A stretch of DNA of 32,000 nucleotides from Sulfolobus acidocaldarius DSM 639 (GTDB lineage Archaea; Thermoproteota; Thermoprotei_A; Sulfolobales; Sulfolobaceae), in NCBI RefSeq assembly GCF_000012285.1, contig NC_007181.1, forward strand, positions 390,001-422,000, in the 5' to 3' direction. A model generated the notes under the pieces. The model saw only the letters and a program-made list of their open reading frames with translations. It was not told where the DNA came from and did not search any database. The translations under genes were made by a program, and so were the position numbers. Below are positions 9,028 through 15,888 of the stretch, piece by piece. Positions within the stretch are counted from its first letter, which is position 1; the number at the start of each line of letters is the position of its first letter.

Positions 9028-9954
9028 TCATTCTTCTATCACTTTTTCTAACTTCTCTCTCAGTTCTTTGGTATCATAGCCGAAAGCCTCAGGCTCTTTT
9101 TCTAATACCCCTATGAAAACTTTAGCAACCTCTTTCCTCCCCTCCTCATTTAAGCTTCTTGGTTTTCCATTTTTATCGATTATCCTATACCTAAGATCTC
9201 TGCTGATGTCCATTATCATCTTCCTCGCCTCCTTTAAGGTATCACTTACTGGCATTTTGTCGTTTTTGACTACAGTGCAGACCCAACAGCCAAACCTAAC
9301 GTCAGTGGTTAACGCACAACCACAACCGTCATTGTCTTCTTTCACTTCATATAAGTTCAGTAAATAGTCGAATTCCCTACCGTCCCACCTCCTCTCGCTA
9401 CGTAGGTACCTAAACACGTCCTCAGTAGTCCAGTCGAGTATGGGCATAATAATCGGATTACCTAACCTTATTATTTTTTCATGCTTTCCGTTATACGCAG
9501 TCTGTTTAGCCCTTTCACTACTTTCCGTCATCCTTACACCAGAAAGTTGGACAAATTTTCCCAATTGCTCCATAAACCTCTTCATCGGTCTTAGCTTCAG
9601 TCTTTCCATGCACCACCTAAACCTGTGAGATGGTGCAGGATAGCCTCTTTCGACCATCATTGAGATGAAATCCTCTATGGGAGTTAATCTAATAGGCTTA
9701 ACATTAGGATAAACCTTTAAGCTCTCTAAAGCGTCTAAAGCCTCTTTTCTCAAGATCGGGTGCTCTAGCAAAGTGTCTGCGTAAACTACGTACAGCGTCT
9801 TAATCATAGCACCTCTTTCCATAGCTTTCAGAGTTAAACTTAGAACTGTAGTAGAATCCTTTCCTCCACTAAAACCTAATTCCCATGGTAAGTTTGATAA
9901 TTCTTCGCTAGCATTAATAATAAGTTCAATTGCCTCCTCTACTCTTGTTTCCAT
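9028..9954 (-). CDS. DndC-like PP-loop ATP pyrophosphatase (PAPS-reductase superfamily)
   Basis: FSGGKDSTTV (SGGKDS PP-loop), HRFRWCMERLKLRP and RFGCWVCTVV match recalled DndC/SspD-type signatures. It is the last gene of a 7-gene overlapping operon. Confidence 0.7.
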   Translation of the reverse strand: METRVEEAIELIINASEELSNLPWELGFSGGKDSTTVLSLTLKAMERGAMIKTLYVVYADTLLEHPILRKEALDALESLKVYPNVKPIRLTPIEDFISMMVERGYPAPSHRFRWCMERLKLRPMKRFMEQLGKFVQLSGVRMTESSERAKQTAYNGKHEKIIRLGNPIIMPILDWTTEDVFRYLRSERRWDGREFDYLLNLYEVKEDNDGCGCALTTDVRFGCWVCTVVKNDKMPVSDTLKEARKMIMDISRDLRYRIIDKNGKPRSLNEEGRKEVAKVFIGVLEKEPEAFGYDTKELREKLEKVIEE

Positions 9955-9955
9955 A

Positions 9956-10609
9956 TTATTTACACCTCACCCTTGCAAGATATTCTACGAACGATTGATA
10001 ATACCCCTTTATTATAACTCTGAGTTCAGTGATATTTTTCCAAAACTTGACAGGTATGATATAGTACTGACTTTTCGCACCATATTCGTACTCATTTAAT
10101 CTAATCTTATTCTGCCCATAGAGATTAAGGATAGAGAGTGCTACGATTAATTTCAATTTATCTTCTCTATCGTTATAGTGGATAAAAATTGTTCTTCCCA
10201 ACACATCAAATTCTTGCGCAACCCAAACTTTGGTAGATAATACTGCATAGATAGGTTCACCATATCTTTGCTCTGACTGTTCTTCAGTCCATGAAGATCC
10301 TGTTGTGTCAATAAACAGCCCAGGCCAGTATCTGTCTTCCCCGTTCTCTTTATAGTGATAATAAATCGTGAAGTCGTATTTGTCTAAGACGTCTTTGTAG
10401 TAGTCGTGATTAATAACGCTCGTCAGCGTACCTATACCAGTCCTCCTAAGGTAAATATTATCTGGAATTAGGCCCTTTTCCTTCCACTGTTTTAACTTAA
10501 TGTGAAGTAGCCCGTAGATTAGGTACTCCCTACCTAGGTGCTCGTTTGGGACCTCAAAGCCGTCAAAGTTAGAGTTGGCCCAGTACCTTTGCTTGAAATC
10601 AGTTGACAT
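9956..10609 (-). CDS. Hypothetical protein (217 aa), immediately upstream partner of the DndC-like gene
   Basis: The ORF ends 1 nt before the DndC-like start codon. No motif recognised. Confidence 0.65.
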   Translation of the reverse strand: MSTDFKQRYWANSNFDGFEVPNEHLGREYLIYGLLHIKLKQWKEKGLIPDNIYLRRTGIGTLTSVINHDYYKDVLDKYDFTIYYHYKENGEDRYWPGLFIDTTGSSWTEEQSEQRYGEPIYAVLSTKVWVAQEFDVLGRTIFIHYNDREDKLKLIVALSILNLYGQNKIRLNEYEYGAKSQYYIIPVKFWKNITELRVIIKGYYQSFVEYLARVRCK

Positions 10610-10754
10610 TCCTTTCAGCCTCCTTGAAGTAGATGCACTTCGAGTATGAGGTAAGGCAGTAGATCAGTTGTGGTATGTAGCTCGGGTTAGCCTCGCTCAG
10701 GCACCACACTCTTGTCTGGTCCAGGAACGGGCAGACTTCACTCTTGTCTTTCAT
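10599..10754 (-). CDS. Small 4-Cys protein (51 aa), not in the ORF track
   Basis: Hand translation gives MKDKSEVCPFLDQTRVWCLSEANPSYIPQLIYCLTSYSKCIYFKEAERNVN. It overlaps the upstream gene by 17 nt and the downstream gene by 11 nt. Confidence 0.5.
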   Translation of the reverse strand: MKDKSEVCPFLDQTRVWCLSEANPSYIPQLIYCLTSYSKCIYFKEAERNVN

Positions 10755-10947
10755 TTAGCTCAGCCTCCAGCTCATTCAACAAAGATGAGATTTCTGATAC
10801 GACGCGCTTTGCCTTCTGGACCTTCCTATAGCCCTCCGCCCTTTGTTTCAGCCTTAAGTCTAGCTTAGCGTCCTTTGCCAGTCTCTGGAGTAGCAGTATC
10901 TGGTCTTCTAGTTCCAATAGCAAATCATTTAGGTCCACTTGCTCCAT
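10738..10947 (-). CDS. Small coiled-coil protein (69 aa)
   Basis: ORF with heptad-like, charged composition. It overlaps both neighbours. Confidence 0.6.
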   Translation of the reverse strand: MEQVDLNDLLLELEDQILLLQRLAKDAKLDLRLKQRAEGYRKVQKAKRVVSEISSLLNELEAELNERQE

Positions 10948-11078
10948 CCTTCCTCAGCCTCCAAGAACTTCTGCAGAGCCTCCCTTATTATTTCGCTCCT
11001 TGAGACCCTCTTGTTAATGGCGTACAAGTCTAGCTTACTGACCAAATCTTCCTCCGCCTTAAAATTGATCACTCGCAT
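10929..11078 (-). CDS. Ribbon-helix-helix (CopG/Arc/MetJ-like) DNA-binding protein (49 aa), not in the ORF track
   Basis: Hand translation gives MRVINFKAEEDLVSKLDLYAINKRVSRSEIIREALQKFLEAEEGWSKWT. This is the classic beta-strand then helix-helix pattern with the SRSEIIREAL helix. Confidence 0.65.
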   Translation of the reverse strand: MRVINFKAEEDLVSKLDLYAINKRVSRSEIIREALQKFLEAEEGWSKWT

Positions 11079-11099
11079 GGTCCTCAGTCCTCTAGATTG

Positions 11100-11420
11100 T
11101 TACTCATCTGGCTCACCCCATCCGTCAAACGTTATACCCTGATTCTCTTCTTCCCTTAGTAGTTCTCTTCTATGTCTCTGATAGTAGTTATATAGCTTCA
11201 AAACATGTTTGCAGAGCATCCCATATGAAGATGCCTCACAAGAGCACGAAAACCTTAACCAAGAACCGTTAAGTATGAGCATAGTATGATGATATAGGCC
11301 GTCTCTACTTTCACTCCTTATATCAGCACTTATCTCTATAACGCCCTGCTGGTCCTTCATCACTTTTAAGATATTAATGTCTTTATGTGGTTGGGTCCTT
11401 ATCGTAAGTTGATTGCTCAC
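11100..11420 (-). CDS. SWIM-type zinc-finger protein (106 aa)
   Basis: FSCSCEASSYGMLCKHVLKLY fits the CxCx(n)CxH SWIM signature. Confidence 0.65.
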   Translation of the reverse strand: MSNQLTIRTQPHKDINILKVMKDQQGVIEISADIRSESRDGLYHHTMLILNGSWLRFSCSCEASSYGMLCKHVLKLYNYYQRHRRELLREEENQGITFDGWGEPDE

Positions 11421-11770
11421 TCTTCCTCACCCTCAGCCTTAGCCTCCTTTTCTAATTCTGCTGAAACTTCTAACAGCTTCTTTGCCTTCTCTTTCAAGAG
11501 CTTTGCTAAGAATTTCTTCGCCTGGGTGTTATCGTTTACCAGCTCTAATACCCTGTCATCAGATAAATGAATAGCCCCAGAGGCTAACTTGTAGTAGGCT
11601 GGCTTACTTAATTCCCCAGCCTCGATCAAGCTCCAGAAGTAGTCCTCAAATGCTGTAAAGATCTCTTCCCTTTCCTCCTTAGTCAAGCTCGAAATCGCAT
11701 ATAAAAAAAGATCAGAACTTTGCTCCCCTTGGAACTGGGGAGTTTTCCTCTCAACTACTTGGGTGGACAT
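11417..11770 (-). CDS. Acidic helical protein, first gene of the operon (start revised to the internal Met)
   Basis: The track ORF runs 11417..11848, but its first 26 codons cover the TATA box and both operators. The ATG at 11770 is preceded by gaggt (SD-like) about 10 nt upstream. Confidence 0.55.
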   Translation of the reverse strand: MSTQVVERKTPQFQGEQSSDLFLYAISSLTKEEREEIFTAFEDYFWSLIEAGELSKPAYYKLASGAIHLSDDRVLELVNDNTQAKKFLAKLLKEKAKKLLEVSAELEKEAKAEGEEE

Positions 11771-11787
11771 TTTTGTATTACCTCTAT

Positions 11788-11837
11788 CTTCTATTGTAGA
11801 AGGTGGCTTATAAATCTTTTGTCTTCTATTATAGAAG
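11788..11837 (-). promoter_or_regulatory. Promoter with two palindromic operator-like sites flanking a TATA box
   Basis: CTTCTAttgTAGAAG (11788-11802) and CTTCTAttaTAGAAG (11823-11837) flank cttataaatc (11807-11816). Confidence 0.55.
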
Positions 11838-11889
11838 GTAGATTTCACTTTCAGTTAAGCGTCTTATGTCTTTAATCCTTTTGTATAAT

Positions 11890-12024
11890 ATGGTGACGAA
11901 GGACTACTACTTGGGGGCGAAGTATGTTATCCTAAGATTAAGGGAAAGCCTAGCAACAAAATTAGACGATAAGACTTATATGATTCTGGAAGAAGAGTTG
12001 ACTAAAATTGGAAAAAGAGCTTGA
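11890..12024 (+). CDS. Small ORF (44 aa), possibly RHH-like, divergent from the operon
   Basis: Hand translation gives MVTKDYYLGAKYVILRLRESLATKLDDKTYMILEEELTKIGKRA. No strong motif. Confidence 0.3.
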   Translation: MVTKDYYLGAKYVILRLRESLATKLDDKTYMILEEELTKIGKRA

Positions 12025-12057
12025 CTTGAAGTTTTACTTTTCTGAAAAACATTATGA

Positions 12058-12366
12058 TTAACGGATTTGGGTAAGCTTTTCAAATCCTATCTCTTTCATG
12101 AGCTCTAGTAACTTCTTTCCCTTGTCTGTGAGAGACACGAGCGTGCTCCTCCCTTTCTCTTCGTACTTTATTAGGCCCAGCGCTAGCAAGTTCTTCTCGA
12201 TCGTATTGTAATATATTCCAGTGCTGACATTCGCCGCCTCCCACAGCTCACTGAGGGTTCTCGGCTCTTCTAACGCTAGTAGTACCCTGTACAAATGTTC
12301 ACACCTTAAGGGGTTTGAAAGATCCCTAGGCATATTTCCTCTACTATTTACTAATGTGTAACTCAT
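12058..12366 (-). CDS. Small winged-helix (wHTH) regulator, paralog A
   Basis: 102 aa. ...LSELWEAANVSTGIYYNTIEKNLLALGLIKYEEKGRSTLVSLTDKGKKLLELM shows the HTH, wing and TxKG pattern. Confidence 0.7.
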   Translation of the reverse strand: MSYTLVNSRGNMPRDLSNPLRCEHLYRVLLALEEPRTLSELWEAANVSTGIYYNTIEKNLLALGLIKYEEKGRSTLVSLTDKGKKLLELMKEIGFEKLTQIR

Positions 12367-12461
12367 AGTTCAGATACTTTTTCATACGCCATAAAAAGTT
12401 TTGAGTATATCATGTATTATAAAATTTTTATAATATTGCTTCTATAGTAGAAAATAAGGAA

Positions 12462-12758
12462 GTGAAAATGAGAGAGTTGAGTAACCCAGTGAGATGTGTT
12501 CACCTATACCTTATCTTGAAACATGTTCAAAGCGAAATATCGTTAAATGAACTCTATACGAAGACGAGGATCGCGTCTAGTGCTTTCTATTACACTGTCA
12601 TACCAACAATGCTAAAATTAGGCTTAATTGAAATAAGCTACGAGAATAGGAAGAAAATCATAAGGCTCACCGAGAAAGGAAGAAAGCTCCTGGAGGTCCT
12701 TAACGATATTGAGTTCGAGAAGGTAATAGCAAAAGAGGCTTTGGTTGTAACGCCATGA
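12462..12758 (+). CDS. Small wHTH regulator, paralog B (GTG start), divergent from A
   Basis: 98 aa, colinear with A (LSNPxRCxHLY...LGLI...LTxKGxKLLEx...FEK). Confidence 0.7.
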   Translation: MKMRELSNPVRCVHLYLILKHVQSEISLNELYTKTRIASSAFYYTVIPTMLKLGLIEISYENRKKIIRLTEKGRKLLEVLNDIEFEKVIAKEALVVTP

Positions 12759-13321
12759 CGCCCCCTACTCCTTCTTCTTCTAATAATAATATTATGAATA
12801 GTATACTAGTTAGGTCAGAGAAGATAGCGAAGATGTTGCTCAGGCTAGTTCAAGGGCCTGCATTAGCTAGAGAGTTAGCACAACTGATAAACACAACGTC
12901 AAACGAGGTCTACCCCAGGCTGGAAAGGTACATCTTTAAGGGGCTAATACAAAAGGCCAGGACAATCAACAGGCTCAACATTTATTCTTTGACTGAAAAA
13001 GGGAAGCAGCTGCTATTTCTTAGCAAGGGGTCTGACTTTGAGGAGGTAGTAAAGAAGGCTGAGAAGAAATTAGGAAGGAACCTGGACGAGGAAGAGAAAG
13101 AGGTTCTAAGAGTATTTTACGAAGAGAAAGGGTACATTGAGGCATCATCGACTGAGAGCGTTGCAGAGAAGGTCTACTATAAACTGAAAGGAAAGGTCAA
13201 GCTGTACAGGATTGAGCAGATACTAGACGATCTGACCAGCAATCACATTATTTTCGGGTTCAGGCCTAACAAGAGAAGCCTTGTGATGAAGGCCAAACTC
13301 GATAGGGATCTCTTGCACTAG
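12755..13321 (+). CDS. wHTH protein with a C-terminal extension (188 aa)
   Basis: LARELAQLINTTSNEVYPRLERYIFKGLIQKA...SLTEKGKQLL. It overlaps paralog B by 4 nt. Confidence 0.65.
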   Translation: MTPPTPSSSNNNIMNSILVRSEKIAKMLLRLVQGPALARELAQLINTTSNEVYPRLERYIFKGLIQKARTINRLNIYSLTEKGKQLLFLSKGSDFEEVVKKAEKKLGRNLDEEEKEVLRVFYEEKGYIEASSTESVAEKVYYKLKGKVKLYRIEQILDDLTSNHIIFGFRPNKRSLVMKAKLDRDLLH

Positions 13322-13416
13322 TTCTTTTACGTTAAACAAACACCTAATTCTATGCACTCTTTTTCTCACTTTTGTAATAAAAATTCAAAGTACGTCATTC
13401 TTTCTCGCTAATTCAG

Positions 13417-13431
13417 TTAACTCCCCAGTTT
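13417..13431. repeat. Solo MITE terminus (ttaactccccagttt)
   Basis: Lies about 65 bp left of the complete MITE, in the same orientation as its left end. Confidence 0.45.
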
Positions 13432-13483
13432 ATATGAAAGAAATAAATTGAATAAAAGTGACATAGATCCTATCTTTTTTGTA

Positions 13484-13809
13484 AAAACTCCCCAGTTAAA
13501 TGAGAAAAATTATAACTGAAACAAATACAACTACTATTATTACTACTACTAACTGAAAAACAAACAAAACTCAAACAAACAAACACAAACTTTTACACTC
13601 ATTTTTACGCTTGCTAATTTACTATAATTATTAGACTAATTCAATTTTTTACATTTTTTAGAAATTTTTTAATGACGTTAAGATGACGTTAGGGCTCCGT
13701 CAAGCCTTAGAGAGCCTGGGCCCAAGGCTACTTAACTGTGCCAATGGCCAAACTGTGAGTAGTAGTTAATAATGCTAGCTGAATTTCTCTCAGTAAACTG
13801 GGGAGTTTT
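13484..13809. mobile_element. Non-autonomous MITE-like element (~325 bp) with long terminal inverted repeats
   Basis: The left end is aaaactccccagttaaatgagaaaaatt...actactattattactactact. The right end is gagtagtagttaataatg...gaatttctctcagtaaactggggagtttt. It has no ORF and a CAAA-rich interior. Confidence 0.7.
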
Positions 13810-13916
13810 CCTTAGGGCTTGAACCACAGATGTGACCATTTTCTCTGCCCTCGGTAGATATGGCCTAAACTTTAAGATTTATTAACATTATATGTATTAT
13901 GTAGAGTGGAACATCC

Positions 13917-14216
13917 ATGGAAATCAAGATTAATGAACAGCTCTTCGAGTTGTTATCAACAGAAATGAAGTTCGTCTTGTACGTAGGGCTGTTGAAAGAG
14001 CCCACCTTAAGCGAGCTTAGGGATGCTACTAGGGCGAGCTGGAGTACAGTGCACAACATTGTCCCTAAGCTACAAGGCTTGGGCCTGATAGAGGTCCAGG
14101 AAGAGAAGACGAGGGTAAAGAGCGTAAAGAAAATAGCCAAACTAACAGACAAGGGCCGCATGGTCTTTGAGAAGATTCTAGAGTTAAACCAGCTCCTCTC
14201 AGAAGACAAAGCATGA
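13917..14216 (+). CDS. Small wHTH regulator, paralog D
   Basis: 99 aa. TLSELRDATRASWSTVHNIVPKLQGLGLIEVQEEK...KLTDKGRMVFEKI. The antisense ORF 13865..14209 is low-complexity and rejected. Confidence 0.7.
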   Translation: MEIKINEQLFELLSTEMKFVLYVGLLKEPTLSELRDATRASWSTVHNIVPKLQGLGLIEVQEEKTRVKSVKKIAKLTDKGRMVFEKILELNQLLSEDKA

Positions 14217-14225
14217 ATAGGCGTC

Positions 14226-14513
14226 TTACGAGCTCGATAAAGACTTCGAGGCTTTTTTCATTTCGACGATCCTTTCAATCTCAACTAATAATTGAGCGAC
14301 CTCTTTCCCGCTCTCTGTCAATATTACGAACCTGCGGCGTGGGAACGAGTGCTCTCTTTCTTCATTAACGAGGCCTAACTTAATCAAATGTTCTAATGAG
14401 GGGTTAAGCACAGAAGTGGACGAGTGTGAGGCGTCAACCAGCTCTCTAGCTGTCATCTTGTCCTTCTTTAATAATGCCTTGAGAATCCTCTGCTCTACTT
14501 CTGACAGCTCCAT
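14226..14513 (-). CDS. Small wHTH regulator, paralog E
   Basis: 95 aa. LSEVEQRILKALLKKDKMTARELVD...LIKLGLVNEEREHSFPRRRFVILTESGKEVA. It is a close paralog of 17482..17775. Confidence 0.7.
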   Translation of the reverse strand: MELSEVEQRILKALLKKDKMTARELVDASHSSTSVLNPSLEHLIKLGLVNEEREHSFPRRRFVILTESGKEVAQLLVEIERIVEMKKASKSLSSS

Positions 14514-14609
14514 GTATTATGTATTGGTAATCGTTACTTTTGAAAATATGTAAGTAGTTTCGTTAACCGTTAAACGAAACATTTCTAATTAGTACCGGCC
14601 GATCCTGGA

Positions 14610-14711
14610 TTAGGACTGAAGCAACTCATTGATCATTAATATGTGCTTTATGATGTCTACTCCTTTCTTGGTGACCTTAACTAGTTTCTTCTCTGTCCCT
14701 ACCGAAGTTTT
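14610..14711 (-). pseudogene. C-terminal part of a split wHTH gene (paralog F)
   Basis: Translates as KTSVGTEKKLVKVTKKGVDIIKHILMINELLQS*. It joins in frame to 17430..17242. Confidence 0.75.
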
Positions 14712-14762
14712 GGTGACAAAAAGACGACAAGCCTCGCCCTTTTAAGGCGGGGAGGAGGTCAG
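14712..14762 (+). repeat. Hairpin unit (PATE/REP-like) forming the left end of the composite block
   Basis: ggtgacaaaaagacgacaagcctcgcccttttaaggcggggaggaggtcag. Confidence 0.7.
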
Positions 14763-14865
14763 CTTGAATGTCAATAAAATGACAGGGATGACAGTGTAGG
14801 GACAAACGGAAAGGACGAAGTTAAGGAAACAGAAACAATCAAAATCCTTTAATTGAATATAAGAT

Positions 14866-15324
14866 GTGATAGTAATGGTAGAACAAATAATTGAGTTTCC
14901 GGACGTCATGAAACAACACGAGACATATACATTACCAGATGTCATCACGGATCCTGACGGCAAGCCAATAATGTACCCTAAGGAAGAGATAGGTAAAAAC
15001 CCAATAGTGGTCAATAGGAAGAACTGGAGGCTATTTGCAAACTTCGACCTTGTACGGAGTAAAGGCAAAGAGATAGTGGTCAGAATCAAGACGACCGGGC
15101 AATTAGTGAGAATACGTGACATGGATGCGGCGACTGTAATGTACTACGTCGAAAGGATAAAGCCTGGTGCAACAGTGCATGAGGCTATAACTTATGATAT
15201 CCAAAAAACTATCGAGGAAACTGGTGATTTTGAAGAAGACGGCGAGTTTATGTTCTATATGTGGCAGTTGTTCGTCGTTCTCTCATACCTCATCCAATAC
15301 GGCGTCCTCATCCTCGTCAAGTGA
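14866..15324 (+). CDS. Hypothetical protein with a hydrophobic C-terminal tail (passenger gene)
   Basis: 152 aa with normal charged composition and C-terminus FMFYMWQLFVVLSYLIQYGVLILVK. The antisense ORF 14742..15122 is rejected. Confidence 0.55.
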   Translation: MIVMVEQIIEFPDVMKQHETYTLPDVITDPDGKPIMYPKEEIGKNPIVVNRKNWRLFANFDLVRSKGKEIVVRIKTTGQLVRIRDMDAATVMYYVERIKPGATVHEAITYDIQKTIEETGDFEEDGEFMFYMWQLFVVLSYLIQYGVLILVK

Positions 15325-15326
15325 TT

Positions 15327-15494
15327 TCATCCTTTTTTTACTCTCTTATAACATAGCATAACGTCACCATCCTTATTCTCTACGCTTAGGACAAACTCGT
15401 CGTTTTCAGAGATACCTAATGCCCTCACTACATCTATTGGCACATTTAAGTAATAGGTCACGTGGTTTCCACTTTTGTATACTCTGATTTTCAT
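15327..15494 (-). CDS. AbrB/SpoVT-like small DNA-binding protein (55 aa), not in the ORF track
   Basis: Hand translation gives MKIRVYKSGNHVTYYLNVPIDVVRALGISENDEFVLSVENKDGDVMLCYKRVKKG. The pattern (xxVxIPxxxxxxLGIxxGDxV) is typical of swapped-hairpin AbrB/MazE-like folds. Confidence 0.6.
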   Translation of the reverse strand: MKIRVYKSGNHVTYYLNVPIDVVRALGISENDEFVLSVENKDGDVMLCYKRVKKG

Positions 15495-15502
15495 AAGTCA
15501 AA

Positions 15503-15560
15503 TGTGTACACAAAATTATATAAGTTTTATCACCGAAAGCTTTTTATTTGTGTACACAAA
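15503..15560. promoter_or_regulatory. Divergent promoter with two copies of the palindrome TGTGTACACA
   Basis: The cores are at 15503-15512 and 15549-15558, and the second extends to the perfect 14-mer TTTGTGTACACAAA (15547-15560). ttatataa (15516-15523) lies ~25 nt upstream of the minus-strand ATG at 15494. tttttattt (15541-15549) lies upstream of the ATG at 15583. Confidence 0.55.
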
Positions 15561-15582
15561 GTAGAATTTTGGTGAACACGGA

Positions 15583-15888
15583 ATGTCCGTAGAGTTCAAC
15601 TTAACCCTTAACCAAGTTAAGGTAAAGGGAAGTGTCTTTTCTCTAAACCCCTACTCTTTTGAAGCGATAAAGAGGTGGTATGACAAGTTCCTAAAGTGGT
15701 GTGAGAACTATGACGTCATGACGTACTGCCAGAAGGACATGGAAGAGGAGGTAGAGTACTTAGCTGAGGCTTTCAGACTGTTAGCCCCTAAGAGCTTAGA
15801 GGAGGCTGAAGAATATTTCGCCGTCTTGGAAAGGGCTTACGACTCTACTGAGGGTAAGATAAAGGAAGTGTTTGTTAGGGCTATGTAA
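15583..15888 (+). CDS. Hypothetical acidic protein (101 aa, passenger gene)
   Basis: ORF with normal composition. Its stop lies inside the conserved gtaaaggtttttt motif that marks the tnpB element's left end. Confidence 0.55.
   Translation: MSVEFNLTLNQVKVKGSVFSLNPYSFEAIKRWYDKFLKWCENYDVMTYCQKDMEEEVEYLAEAFRLLAPKSLEEAEEYFAVLERAYDSTEGKIKEVFVRAM

Noticed and set aside
9956-10609. I tried to read a PD-(D/E)xK nuclease motif (FIDTTG ... LSTKVW) in the 217-aa protein next to the DndC-like gene.
   Set aside because: The spacing and residues do not fit the motif convincingly (S-T-K instead of [DE]-x-K). It is left as hypothetical.
13500-13620. Short-period repeats (actactattattactactact; caaacaaaactcaaacaaacaaacacaaac) were considered as a possible CRISPR array or tandem-repeat array.
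   Set aside because: There is no repeat-spacer periodicity. The ACT-rich block is part of the MITE terminal inverted repeat, and the CAAA-rich tract is low-complexity interior that is also present in the second MITE copy.
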